The notes beneath the pieces are model-generated. The model was not told where the DNA came from, did not search any database, and saw only the letters and a list, made by a program, of their open reading frames with translations. Positions 21,079 to 30,470 of a stretch of 36,070 nucleotides of DNA are shown here, piece by piece; position 1 is the first letter of the stretch; each line of letters starts with the position of its first letter. The position numbers and the translations under genes are program-made. The DNA is from a virus (lineage: Duplodnaviria > Caudoviricetes): positions 1 through 36,070 of the IMG/VR virus record IMGVR_UViG_3300039180_001471. One strand, written 5' to 3'.

Positions 21079-21858
21079 ATGAAAAAATTACCAATATCCA
21101 TTGGAGTATTAACATGGAACTCCCCAGATACACTATTTAAAACCCTAAAATCCTACAAAGAAAATGGATTGTTAGAGGTTGTGGATGAAGCAATAGTTTT
21201 ATGTCAAGAAATAACAGATCAAGATATTGAAGTAGCTAATCATTTTTCTCTTCCTTATATTGGGTTAGAAGAAAATGTTGGGATTGGTATTGGGTTGTTA
21301 AACCTAGCAAAATCCACTAAGTCTCAGTATTTCCTCCCTTTAGAAAATGATTGGAAATTAATTGAAAATAAAGAAACAACACATAATAGACTTTCTTCTG
21401 GTGTTGATCTTATATCTAAGGGTTACTCAGTGGTTAGATACAGACACAGACAAAATCCAGGACATCCACTATTTACCTATAATCCTTACTACAATAATGA
21501 ACTCAATCACTATGATGAAGTTATAGATTTAACATCCCCCCACCTACTAGATTCAGTACATTGGTGTAATCCATCTCAAAAGTTTAATGATAAAATTAAC
21601 CAGGAAGGTGAGTACTTTACTACAACTTCACGTTGGGGGAATTGGACAAACAACCCATGTTTATTTGATAGAAAATTCTATATTGATTATACTTCTAAAT
21701 TTATAATAGATGAAAATTCTCCAAACCAATACAACACAGATATAGGTAAAATTACTTCAGAAGGTGAAATCTCTCATTTTTGGTCTCGCCAAGATTTTAA
21801 AGTAGCTCATGGTGAAGGATTATTTAAACATGAAGATTTAAAAAAGTTTGGTAAATGA
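21079..21858 (+). CDS. Putative GT-A-fold glycosyltransferase
   Basis: ISIGVLTWN, ENVGIG, FLPLENDW (ExD) and WTNNP. Confidence 0.65.
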   Translation: MKKLPISIGVLTWNSPDTLFKTLKSYKENGLLEVVDEAIVLCQEITDQDIEVANHFSLPYIGLEENVGIGIGLLNLAKSTKSQYFLPLENDWKLIENKETTHNRLSSGVDLISKGYSVVRYRHRQNPGHPLFTYNPYYNNELNHYDEVIDLTSPHLLDSVHWCNPSQKFNDKINQEGEYFTTTSRWGNWTNNPCLFDRKFYIDYTSKFIIDENSPNQYNTDIGKITSEGEISHFWSRQDFKVAHGEGLFKHEDLKKFGK

Positions 21859-22730
21859 AAATATTATACGTAACTAATCATAATGAAATAGCAATAGCTA
21901 GTGGTGGTTTTTTAAATGATTATCAAAATGATCTTGTATTTTATGGTTTAAGAGAATTATATGGTGATGATGTTGTTGATTCAACTCAAATCATATCCCT
22001 TTATAGAGAGCATGAAGGTAAAATACCGTCAAAACATTTATGGGGTGGGATGACTGCTTTTTGGCTTATAGGAAATAACAACATTGATAGAACTAACATT
22101 GAAGGAAAGATTAAAGATAGATATTATGACCTAATTATTTACGGTGCTATTAAACGTTGTAAGGATTATTACGATATAGTTTCTAAATACTACCCAGATA
22201 ATAAGGTAATTTTAATTGATGGGAATGATGAAACTGAATTGGATCCACTATATAAAAAACATTTATATTTTAAACGTGAATTAGTTGAGAAACATCCTAA
22301 CTTATTACCTATCACATTTGGTATTCCTACTAGTAAATTAGCTACACCAAATAAAGAAAAAATACAACAATATGCTACCTGCATTCCGGGTCAGCCTGAA
22401 ACTTACATATTCAACAGTGAAAGACCATATTATGAAGATTATCAAAAATCATATTATGGAGTTACAATGAAAAAAGCAGGTTGGGATTGTATGAGACATT
22501 ATGAAATATTAGGTAATTATTGTTTACCTTATTTTGTAGGATTAGAAGATTGTCCTAAAGATACACTATCTAACTTCCCAAAAGAACTATTATTAGAAGC
22601 AAGAGATTTAGCTTTTAATTTTGATGAGTCAAAATACTATAATATATTGGATGAATTATTTGAACATACTAAAAATAACTTAACAACGAAAAACATAGCA
22701 CAAAATATTATAAATCATGCAGAGATTTGA
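21855..22730 (+). CDS. Putative glycosyltransferase-like protein
   Basis: IDGND, YFKRE and KKAGWDCMRHYEILG; located inside the GT array. Confidence 0.55.
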   Translation: MKILYVTNHNEIAIASGGFLNDYQNDLVFYGLRELYGDDVVDSTQIISLYREHEGKIPSKHLWGGMTAFWLIGNNNIDRTNIEGKIKDRYYDLIIYGAIKRCKDYYDIVSKYYPDNKVILIDGNDETELDPLYKKHLYFKRELVEKHPNLLPITFGIPTSKLATPNKEKIQQYATCIPGQPETYIFNSERPYYEDYQKSYYGVTMKKAGWDCMRHYEILGNYCLPYFVGLEDCPKDTLSNFPKELLLEARDLAFNFDESKYYNILDELFEHTKNNLTTKNIAQNIINHAEI

Positions 22731-23331
22731 GATTATAAATACATTTATTAAAAATAATAATTTTAAAAATTACCTTGAAATTGGAGTATTTAGAGGTCAA
22801 AATATTAGAGAAATTATTGCTGAACATAAAGATGGAGTTGACCCTACAACAGAATTAGGAAAAACAATCCCCGAAATTAACTTTCCAATTACTTCAGATG
22901 AATTTTTTAAACTAATTAAAGATCATAATATTAAATATGATATTATTTTTATTGATGGTCTACACCATGCTGAACAAGTTGACAAAGATATAGAAAATGC
23001 TTTAAACCATTTAGTGGATAATGGTATTATTGTAATGCATGATTGTAATCCTGAAAAAGAAGAATATACATCTGTACCTCGCGTAACAGGAATTTGGCAT
23101 GGTGATGTTTATAAATCAGCACTACGTCTAAGACAAAAATATCCTCATAAATTTATTACTGTTGAGGATGATTGTGGTTGTGGTATTATTTTTAATGGTA
23201 TAGAAGAAGATAATAAATGTAATAATAATAATCTACAACAAGGTTTAGAATCTTGGGAATATTTTAGTAAAAACCGTGTTAAACTCCTTAATCTAATTTC
23301 TGCAGATGAATTTAAAACAACTTATCAATAA
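22717..23331 (+). CDS. Class I SAM-dependent methyltransferase (Methyltransf_24-like)
   Basis: YLEIGV, GVDP, YDIIFIDGLH and GIIVMHD. Confidence 0.85.
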   Translation: MQRFEIINTFIKNNNFKNYLEIGVFRGQNIREIIAEHKDGVDPTTELGKTIPEINFPITSDEFFKLIKDHNIKYDIIFIDGLHHAEQVDKDIENALNHLVDNGIIVMHDCNPEKEEYTSVPRVTGIWHGDVYKSALRLRQKYPHKFITVEDDCGCGIIFNGIEEDNKCNNNNLQQGLESWEYFSKNRVKLLNLISADEFKTTYQ

Positions 23332-24109
23332 ATCAACTTATGGTACTATAGGTTATATAGCTAGTGAGGATGACCTTACTAGAATGGAACAATATTTGTT
23401 ATATAATTTAGAAGTATTAAAAGAATATAAAAATATTATAGTTGCTACTAATTATGGTGAAGATTTTAAAGAACAAAATTCATTAATCTGGAATAAATAT
23501 TTTCCTAATTGTACAATTATAGACTCCCCAGTCAATAGAGGTCATAATTTTGGCACTGCTGATTTGGATAATCTAATATTTAGTTATTGTAAAGATAATA
23601 ATATTGAGTGGTTGTGTAAAGGGGCAAATGATGTTTTATTACAAACTAAGATATTTGATATTAAAATAAAAGAAGCAGATTTTTATTATATGAATGGTTT
23701 TTCATTTGAAACTGTATATCGTAATAAATTTGATTTAGAAGAGTTAGATAAAAATCATTTCACACCTCAAACCAATTTTTATTTTATAAATGTTAATAAA
23801 ACTGATTATTTAACTAATAGAGAATATTTAAGTAAAACTTATAGTTTCATAAAAACCATTCCTAACTATAATAATAAGCCTTGGGAATATATTCCCAATT
23901 GGTCATGTGAAGATTTTCTAGCGAAATGTGTTAAAAGAAATGATCTATCCAAACATCATATACTTCATGGAGAGTTATATAAAAAGTTATTTAATTTAAT
24001 ATCTACGAACAAAATAGGTGATCCCTCCCATAAAAATATTATAATACAGGGAATATGCCACTTCCAATATCCAAACCAACCAACTTTTGAGATAGATTTG
24101 GATATTTAA
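23306..24109 (+). CDS. Hypothetical protein, possibly GT-A-like
   Basis: 267 aa with NRGHNFG...WLCKGAND; last gene of the GT array. Confidence 0.5.
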   Translation: MNLKQLINKSTYGTIGYIASEDDLTRMEQYLLYNLEVLKEYKNIIVATNYGEDFKEQNSLIWNKYFPNCTIIDSPVNRGHNFGTADLDNLIFSYCKDNNIEWLCKGANDVLLQTKIFDIKIKEADFYYMNGFSFETVYRNKFDLEELDKNHFTPQTNFYFINVNKTDYLTNREYLSKTYSFIKTIPNYNNKPWEYIPNWSCEDFLAKCVKRNDLSKHHILHGELYKKLFNLISTNKIGDPSHKNIIIQGICHFQYPNQPTFEIDLDI

Positions 24110-24150
24110 CATTTTTTAATTATCTTATATTTATTAAAAGACACAAGCAT

Positions 24151-24306
24151 ATGAAAAAATATTTTTTTTACTCAAAAACAGACCCTAAACGTGAAGCTAT
24201 TGCAGCAACCGTTTCTGATTCTAGATTATCAGCAGCAAGATTTTTTTCTAAATTAAAACGTTTACCATTAAAAAATTTCTTATCTATTTTTACAATAAAT
24301 AGATAA
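24151..24306 (+). CDS. Small basic hypothetical protein, 51 aa (MKKYFFYSKTDPKREAI...)
   Basis: Read by hand. TAATG coupling to the next gene; preceded by ATATTTAT. Confidence 0.65.
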   Translation: MKKYFFYSKTDPKREAIAATVSDSRLSAARFFSKLKRLPLKNFLSIFTINR

Positions 24307-24704
24307 TGGATAGAAAAAATAACAAATTATTGAAATATCTTAAGGATATAGCGGGTACTAATGTAAATATTACTGAATCTCAAAGTTCTAAATCTAAAAA
24401 AGAACAAATTCGTTTTTGTGAGATGGTAAAAATGTGGGATGAAACATGGCAAAGGAGTAATAAATTATATTCAGATACAGGGATTGATTTAAGTGATTAT
24501 GATGCTTCATATTATAACATAATTGAAAATGCATTTTTATTACTTTACGGGGGAAAGGCAGAGTTAGTATTTTGGTGGGTATATGAACGTTATAGTGAAG
24601 ATGGGGAGATAGCTGTACTTGTAGATGAAAATGATGAAGAACATATTCTAAAAACTCCATTACAGTTATATAAATTTATAAAAAAATTAAATAAAAATGA
24701 TTAA
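24306..24704 (+). CDS. Hypothetical protein
   Basis: 132-aa ORF (WWVYE...TPLQLYKFI). Confidence 0.7.
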   Translation: MDRKNNKLLKYLKDIAGTNVNITESQSSKSKKEQIRFCEMVKMWDETWQRSNKLYSDTGIDLSDYDASYYNIIENAFLLLYGGKAELVFWWVYERYSEDGEIAVLVDENDEEHILKTPLQLYKFIKKLNKND

Positions 24705-24927
24705 ATTTTGTAAGGGGTGTAATGATGAAATTCATCCTATGAGAATTAAAGCACTTCCAAATACATTGACATGCGTTGAATGTTCAAATGTTAATATGAA
24801 ACGTTGTGTTACAGTATTAAAGGGAGACATTAATAAAGATGATACTTGGGTAGATATTGAACTAATAGATGGTGATTTAGAGGAATCTTACCATACTGAT
24901 ATTCAAGATTTTGAAAACGAAGAATAA
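24697..24927 (+). CDS. DksA/TraR C4-type zinc finger protein
   Basis: CKGC.DEIHPMRIKALP.T.TCVEC matches the TraR/DksA finger; acidic tail. Confidence 0.8.
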   Translation: MIKFCKGCNDEIHPMRIKALPNTLTCVECSNVNMKRCVTVLKGDINKDDTWVDIELIDGDLEESYHTDIQDFENEE

Positions 24928-24933
24928 AATAAT

Positions 24934-25566
24934 ATGCCATTAGCAAAACCATTAAGCAAAGAACAAATATTAGGAGCTATGTCCCAAACCCTATCAAACA
25001 GGGCTGCTGCTAGATGGTTAAATGTATCTTATATTCACTATAAAAAGTGGGCTAAAAACTATGATGCAACTGAAGAAGGATATGAAAATCTATTTGCCCA
25101 GCATTTAAACCAATCTGGTAAAGGTATTCCTAAATTTTTAAGCAATTCTGGTAAAGAACCAGCTTTATTAGATATTATAGAAGGTAGAGTTGATGTATCA
25201 TCATTCAATCCCGAAAAAATTAAATATAGACTAGTAACTGAAGGTTATTTATTAGAAGAATGTTCCAATTGTAAGTTTAATGAACGACGAGTATTAGATT
25301 ATAAAATACCTCTTTTATTACACTTCAAAGATAAAAATAAAAAAAATTATAGAAAAGAAAATATTGAATTCCTTTGCTATAATCATTATTTTTTAACAGT
25401 GGGGGATATATTTAGTGATAAACAAGTACAAGGGATTGAAGATTATAAACCTGTAAATGAGGGGCTAGTTACTTGGGAGGTAGATGATTACCATTTAAAA
25501 CGATTATCAGAATTAGGATTAGATATACCAGACCCTGATGATTATGATATAGTAGCAAGATTATGA
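24934..25566 (+). CDS. HTH plus HNH-like zinc-binding protein
   Basis: SNRAAARWLNVSY HTH-like segment; CSNC...LHFKD.NKKNYRKENIEFLCYNH. Confidence 0.65.
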   Translation: MPLAKPLSKEQILGAMSQTLSNRAAARWLNVSYIHYKKWAKNYDATEEGYENLFAQHLNQSGKGIPKFLSNSGKEPALLDIIEGRVDVSSFNPEKIKYRLVTEGYLLEECSNCKFNERRVLDYKIPLLLHFKDKNKKNYRKENIEFLCYNHYFLTVGDIFSDKQVQGIEDYKPVNEGLVTWEVDDYHLKRLSELGLDIPDPDDYDIVARL

Positions 25567-25739
25567 AAAAAACACCACTTTTAAAAAAACGTAAACGTCA
25601 TGATAGTATTACTAAAGATTACGAATTAACTAAATCAAAACATCTTGAAAGATTAGCAACTAAAATGTTAGATGAACAGGATAAAATAGAAAAGTTACGA
25701 GGTAAAAAAATCAAGGATGACTTTTTAGACTTATTTTAA
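25563..25739 (+). CDS. Small basic hypothetical protein, 58 aa (MKKTPLLKKRKRHD...)
   Basis: Read by hand; ATGA overlap with the upstream gene. Confidence 0.65.
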   Translation: MKKTPLLKKRKRHDSITKDYELTKSKHLERLATKMLDEQDKIEKLRGKKIKDDFLDLF

Positions 25740-25768
25740 TAATATTTAATTTAAAACCAACATACAGC

Positions 25769-26071
25769 ATGGCACATATGATAACAGTTAATACACAAGA
25801 AGATTTCGAGGATATGATGAAGAATAATAACTTTGAAATTAGTTCAGCCATCACAAAAGTAATTTTAAAAAATCTTAAAGGTAAAAGGAAAAATATTCCA
25901 ATACTAGCTATTAAAGTTTTAGAAGAACAAACAGTTTATGATATTACAGTACAAAGGGGTGATATGTTAGAAAGTTTAGAGAAAAATTTAGAAATCCATG
26001 CAGTAAATGAGGATTATGAGTCTTGTAGTAAAATACTTGAGGCTATTAATTATTTAAAGAAACCAAAATAA
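25769..26071 (+). CDS. Hypothetical protein with C-terminal UVR (UvrB/UvrC)-like motif
   Basis: LEIHAVNEDYESCSKILEAIN. Confidence 0.6.
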   Translation: MAHMITVNTQEDFEDMMKNNNFEISSAITKVILKNLKGKRKNIPILAIKVLEEQTVYDITVQRGDMLESLEKNLEIHAVNEDYESCSKILEAINYLKKPK

Positions 26072-26072
26072 A

Positions 26073-26104
26073 CTTGGATATTTGATTTAAGTTTCGTATA
26101 TTTA
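26073..26104 (+). promoter_or_regulatory. Class I promoter with embedded hairpin
   Basis: cttgg 26073-26077, tatattta from 26097; aaacttggat/atttaagttt stem. Confidence 0.75.
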
Positions 26105-26124
26105 CATATACAAAATTTAAACAT

Positions 26125-26613
26125 ATGAGAAAAATTATATTTTTATCTACACTTCCATTATTCCTAAGCAGTGGTCATTCAAAAATTCAACCTAAACCTG
26201 AACCACCATTACTTAAAACCTCGGTTATTGAACAACCTATTATAAATCCACCCCAACCCGTGGATGAATTAGTTAATGCATTAATATACGTGGAATCACG
26301 TGGTAATGACAGTGCTATTGGTGATGTACATCTTGAAACACCATCAATAGGAGCATTACAAATAAGACCTGTTATGGTTAGAGAAGTAAATCGTATTTTA
26401 AAAATAATGGGTTCAACCCAACGATATAAATTAAAAGATAGATTTGATAGACAGAGTTCAATTGAAATGTTTTTATTTTGGAAAAACTACCACCATCCCG
26501 AAGATGGGTTTGAAGAAATAGCTCGTTGTTGGAATGGTGGTCCAAGAGGTTTAAAAAATAAAAGAACTGAAAAGTATTGGATAAAAGTTCAAAAACAATT
26601 AAATAATAATTAA
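26125..26613 (+). CDS. Secreted lysozyme-like/lytic transglycosylase (i-type/SLT-like)
   Basis: N-terminal signal-like peptide, Pro-rich linker, ALIYVESRG (catalytic E), GALQI and ARCWNGGP. Confidence 0.8.
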   Translation: MRKIIFLSTLPLFLSSGHSKIQPKPEPPLLKTSVIEQPIINPPQPVDELVNALIYVESRGNDSAIGDVHLETPSIGALQIRPVMVREVNRILKIMGSTQRYKLKDRFDRQSSIEMFLFWKNYHHPEDGFEEIARCWNGGPRGLKNKRTEKYWIKVQKQLNNN

Positions 26614-26624
26614 AATAGTAAAAA

Positions 26625-26762
26625 ATGAGTGTAAATTCACCACAACAAACTTACGAATCATTCCAAGAATGGCATAAATGGGCTAAAACACAATATCCAA
26701 CATTCCGTGTTAAGAAAAAACCAAAATCACAACCTATTTGGGGTTTTTATGAAGGGAAGTAG
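26625..26762 (+). CDS. Small hypothetical protein, 45 aa (MSVNSPQQTYESFQEWHKW...)
   Basis: Read by hand; A-rich upstream region. Confidence 0.55.
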   Translation: MSVNSPQQTYESFQEWHKWAKTQYPTFRVKKKPKSQPIWGFYEGK

Positions 26763-26922
26763 TTTAGAGGCTGACTTTTTACTATATCTCCCTGATGAAG
26801 TTTTAGTAGAACTTGCTATCTATAATTGGGAAGAGTTAAAAATATTATGCGCAGCCTTATCTTTAGATTTACATTTAAAAGAACAAAATGAAAGTACTAG
26901 TAATAGGAGAAACTTGTGTTGA
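26749..26922 (+). CDS. Small hypothetical protein (ATG at 26749 preferred over GTG at 26707)
   Basis: MKGSSLEADFLLYLPDEVL...; the later start reduces overlap. Confidence 0.55.
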   Translation: MKGSSLEADFLLYLPDEVLVELAIYNWEELKILCAALSLDLHLKEQNESTSNRRNLC

Positions 26923-27625
26923 TAAATTTGTATATTGCAAATCAAACCGTCTATCTCCAGAAGCACCAATACCCGTAATTAACCCAACCCACACCATTAC
27001 AAATAGTGGTATGGCTGGTAATACTGTAGCTAATGTCAAGGCATTATTCCCTGAAAGTATTATAGCAGGTATTCATCAAAAACAAAATATACTTAAAACA
27101 CGTTATGTGGAGGAAAAATCCAACCATATGTTTATTCGTGTTGATGAGGGTGAAGAGTTTGAAGATAAGTTTAAATGGAATGCCTTTACAGATACTAGTA
27201 TTGGCAAGGCCGATATTGTAATTGTAAGTGATTATAATAAGGGATTTTTGAGTGATTTAGATTTAATGGAAATTGCAAAAAAATCACCACTATCAATATT
27301 AGATAGCAAACGTAAACTTACAGATGACATTATTGAAGGTTTTACATTTGTAAAACTAAATGAATTAGAACGAAATAATAATCCTGATTTAACAACTAGT
27401 AATATTATTACTACTTTAGGTAAAAAAGGTGCTTTATATAATGGAGAAATATATGAATCTCCTAACCCACAAGATACAATTGATGTATCAGGAGCGGGTG
27501 ATACATTTACATCCGCCTTTATAGGAAAATTTTACCATTCATTGGAAGAAAGTGTTGCTATTAGATTTGCCAACCAGAAATCATCAGAAGTAGTAAGTAA
27601 ACGTGGTGTAGTAACCCCAATATGA
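26888..27625 (+). CDS. PfkB-family sugar kinase, HldE/RfaE domain I (heptose-7-phosphate kinase)-like
   Basis: VIGE.C.D, RLSPEAPIPV, GMAGN, SDYNKG and DVSGAGDTF. Confidence 0.88.
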   Translation: MKVLVIGETCVDKFVYCKSNRLSPEAPIPVINPTHTITNSGMAGNTVANVKALFPESIIAGIHQKQNILKTRYVEEKSNHMFIRVDEGEEFEDKFKWNAFTDTSIGKADIVIVSDYNKGFLSDLDLMEIAKKSPLSILDSKRKLTDDIIEGFTFVKLNELERNNNPDLTTSNIITTLGKKGALYNGEIYESPNPQDTIDVSGAGDTFTSAFIGKFYHSLEESVAIRFANQKSSEVVSKRGVVTPI

Positions 27626-28323
27626 AACCTATATTAATATTTTGCCATAATTATGTCAACCATAATTGGTATGAAATTGTAGAAGAACAATTACATAAAT
27701 TAGTAAATAGTGGTTTATATGGAAGTGCTACTAAAATTTATTATGGGGTGTATGCTCATGACCAATTCCAATTATACAAATTTATTGATTTAGTAAAATC
27801 CTTTGATCCCAAATCAAAAATAAAAATTGTAATACACCCTATAAATGATGGTGAACGTCAAACAATGATTCTTCTACAAGAAGTTTGTAAAAATTATCCA
27901 GATGCTCACACTTTATATTATCATACTAAGGGTATTACTTCTATTCAAAATCACAAGAATGATACGGAAATAAAATATAAAAATATTGAATCATGGAGAC
28001 ATATTTTAGAATATTTTAATATTGAGTTATGGGGAGAATGTATTGAAACCCTACAAAACCCAAATGTTGATGTGTGTGGTGCTCTATATGTTGAAAACGG
28101 AGAACTTTATAATTTTTACTATGCTGGAAATTTTTGGTGGGGTAAAACATCATATTTAAATACTTTACCAAGTATGAAAGAACGTGATAACAGAATGGGG
28201 TGTGAATTGTGGATAGGTAATAATATACATAATTGGGTTAACTTCCAATCCCCACAAGAAGGTAATATGTACCATTCTTACTTTGATCCTAAAGATTATA
28301 GAAAAGATTTATTAGATTTTTAA
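27622..28323 (+). CDS. Hypothetical protein, putative glycan-related enzyme
   Basis: YYHTKG...WR..LEYF...GNFWW...R...E.W motifs; coupled to the kinase gene. Confidence 0.55.
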   Translation: MKPILIFCHNYVNHNWYEIVEEQLHKLVNSGLYGSATKIYYGVYAHDQFQLYKFIDLVKSFDPKSKIKIVIHPINDGERQTMILLQEVCKNYPDAHTLYYHTKGITSIQNHKNDTEIKYKNIESWRHILEYFNIELWGECIETLQNPNVDVCGALYVENGELYNFYYAGNFWWGKTSYLNTLPSMKERDNRMGCELWIGNNIHNWVNFQSPQEGNMYHSYFDPKDYRKDLLDF

Positions 28324-28361
28324 AAGACAACATTATTTAATATTTATAATAAAAGTATATT

Positions 28362-28745
28362 ATGCCTACAATAACTTTCAATCAACTAAATGGAAAAGGA
28401 ATATTAAACCCTGATACTTTTGATGCTAATCAAACTTATAATATAACCATGGGGGCTCCTACTTGTAGTGGTTCTGCATATTTTACAATGGAAGCTACTC
28501 GAGGTGCAGATGGATCTTTTAATGGTTTTAGTGCTCAACCTGCTAAGGCAAATTTTACTAATTTTGATAATATTAACCAAGATACTTTAATTGTTTCTAA
28601 ATCCCCAGGGGAATTTGAAAGCCATATATGGTCTATAGTTATTCCTCCAGGAGGGGGAACATTTGATTATTTCCCCTTTACCACAACGTTTAATGATACA
28701 GTATTTCTTAGAGGTACTGGTGGGATAACATTTACTTATAGTTAA
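28362..28745 (+). CDS. Hypothetical beta-rich (T/G/F/N-rich) protein, possibly virion-associated
   Basis: Composition differs from neighbours; preceded by ATATTTATA. Confidence 0.55.
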   Translation: MPTITFNQLNGKGILNPDTFDANQTYNITMGAPTCSGSAYFTMEATRGADGSFNGFSAQPAKANFTNFDNINQDTLIVSKSPGEFESHIWSIVIPPGGGTFDYFPFTTTFNDTVFLRGTGGITFTYS

Positions 28746-28762
28746 AAGTAATGCACGGGAGG

Positions 28763-28794
28763 CTTGGCTACCCGAGATATTGTTCGTATATTTA
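28763..28794 (+). promoter_or_regulatory. Class I promoter
   Basis: cttgg 28763-28767, tatattta from 28787; cggg...cccg hairpin overlaps. Confidence 0.75.
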
Positions 28795-28814
28795 GGTATA
28801 AATAAAGGTTGCAT

Positions 28815-29261
28815 ATGTTATACAAGTTTACAAATACAAATAAATACGGTAATCTAAGACACCGTATTATTTATCGCCCTAATGGTGAGGGATTTAAATT
28901 TAATCCTAAAGGATTTGGTCCATTCGTTAATGTAGAAGTGTTTAGATACACTTACAAACATCCAATTCTACCCCCTAGTTTATTTACAGGAACAGATGGT
29001 AAAAAATTCATCGTGCCTATATGGAAAGAGGTATTACCTGAAACAACACTAGAAGATATCAATTGGGTTAAACCAAAACCTAAAAAAATGAGTGTTGAAA
29101 AACATGAATTCCAATTTGAATCTAAAAGTGATCCAGGTCACTTCTATAAAGTTACTGTAAAAAATAATAAAGTAGATTGTACGTGCTCTGGAAAGTGGAG
29201 AGCAAAGGATAGACAATGTCGTCATATGAAAGATGTTAAAAAACAATTAAATTTAAAATAA
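28815..29261 (+). CDS. SWIM zinc-finger protein
   Basis: YKVT....VDCTCSG......CRH (CxC-xn-CxH). ATG at 28815; an in-frame TTG at 28809 is the alternative start. Confidence 0.75.
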   Translation: MLYKFTNTNKYGNLRHRIIYRPNGEGFKFNPKGFGPFVNVEVFRYTYKHPILPPSLFTGTDGKKFIVPIWKEVLPETTLEDINWVKPKPKKMSVEKHEFQFESKSDPGHFYKVTVKNNKVDCTCSGKWRAKDRQCRHMKDVKKQLNLK

Positions 29262-29270
29262 ATAAAAGTT

Positions 29271-29582
29271 ATGAAAAAAAGTTATAAACAAGACAAATTA
29301 ATACCTCAAGACAAATTAATGTTAGAAATCTTAGCTAGGGGTGGTGAATTTACGGAGTTGGAATTAGGAAAAATTTTAATGGGAAAGCAAAAAAGAGGTA
29401 TGAGATCACTTATATCTGCTGCCCGAAAAAATGGACATTTTATTGCTGATAAACTTAAACAAAATAAGAAAACTGGCAGGTTAAATAAATCTTATTATCT
29501 TGAAACTAATGAATTAAAATATATCATTTGGGCTCGCCAAAATGGTATGTTTAATTTTAAAGTGGGTGCTCCTAAATATTAA
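29271..29582 (+). CDS. Basic putative winged-HTH DNA-binding protein
   Basis: FTELELGKIL...MRSLISAARKNGHFI pattern. Confidence 0.5.
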   Translation: MKKSYKQDKLIPQDKLMLEILARGGEFTELELGKILMGKQKRGMRSLISAARKNGHFIADKLKQNKKTGRLNKSYYLETNELKYIIWARQNGMFNFKVGAPKY

Positions 29583-29584
29583 TT

Positions 29585-29965
29585 ATGGTTTGTTGTGTAA
29601 CATGGTGCAATGAAGAGACTGAGTTTTATAATAGAACTCAACGTCGTTCATTTTGTAAGAAACACTACCACTATAAAAAATATGCGTCTAATGCTGCTGG
29701 TAGACCGTGGTTAATGTATAAAGTTGAGAAGATACTAGACGATGCGCTACAATGTGAGAACTGTGGGTACGACGCTAGCATTTACCATAAAGATAGACCA
29801 ATTAAACAATTAGCAGGGTTATTTGATGTGGATCATATTAATTCAGATATAAAACATACACCTGAAGGTGAACAACCATCAAATTATCAGTTATTGTGTA
29901 AACAATGTCATATATTAAAATCATATGATGAAGGAGATTTTATTTCAAAAAACAATCGCCGATAG
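29585..29965 (+). CDS. HNH endonuclease
   Basis: CENCG, DVDHI, NYQLLCKQCH..K; additional N-terminal C..WC...FCKKH zinc motif. Confidence 0.85.
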   Translation: MVCCVTWCNEETEFYNRTQRRSFCKKHYHYKKYASNAAGRPWLMYKVEKILDDALQCENCGYDASIYHKDRPIKQLAGLFDVDHINSDIKHTPEGEQPSNYQLLCKQCHILKSYDEGDFISKNNRR

Positions 29966-29966
29966 A

Positions 29967-29998
29967 TTTGGAGAAGCGAGGGAGCGTTCGTATATTCA
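29967..29998 (+). promoter_or_regulatory. Class I promoter
   Basis: tttgg 29967-29971, tatattca from 29991. Confidence 0.75.
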
Positions 29999-30021
29999 TG
30001 GTATAAGAAAAAATAAGAGTT

Positions 30022-30438
30022 ATGGAACATCGCGGAAGACCAAAAGAAATAATACAAGAAGTAAAAGAAAAATGGGAGGTAGTTACTTATGAAGTACCAA
30101 CCAAACCTGAATTAGGATGGAAAAGTATTTGGTATTATGATAATAAAAAAACTACCAACGGACCATTTAAAACAGAAGTAATCTATCCTAAAGGTTTTAA
30201 ACTCGAAAAATTCAAACCTGAAAAAGGTAAAGCATATAATAAACAACCTGTAGTGATGGTATTTAAGACATCTAACCGTTCTAATGCTAAGACTAAAATG
30301 AAGATTTGGGCTAATGAAAATATAGATTATATCTCATCAGCTAGTAAATTAGTAGGTGTACCTGAAGGAGCAATTATATTGGAATTAGGGGTAGGTAATA
30401 GTTTTATTAAAAAATGGCGATCTAACTATAATTTATAA
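30022..30438 (+). CDS. Hypothetical basic protein
   Basis: 138 aa with an N-terminal RGRPK AT-hook-like motif. Confidence 0.65.
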   Translation: MEHRGRPKEIIQEVKEKWEVVTYEVPTKPELGWKSIWYYDNKKTTNGPFKTEVIYPKGFKLEKFKPEKGKAYNKQPVVMVFKTSNRSNAKTKMKIWANENIDYISSASKLVGVPEGAIILELGVGNSFIKKWRSNYNL

Positions 30439-30470
30439 TATTTATTAACATATAATTAAACAAATTAAAA

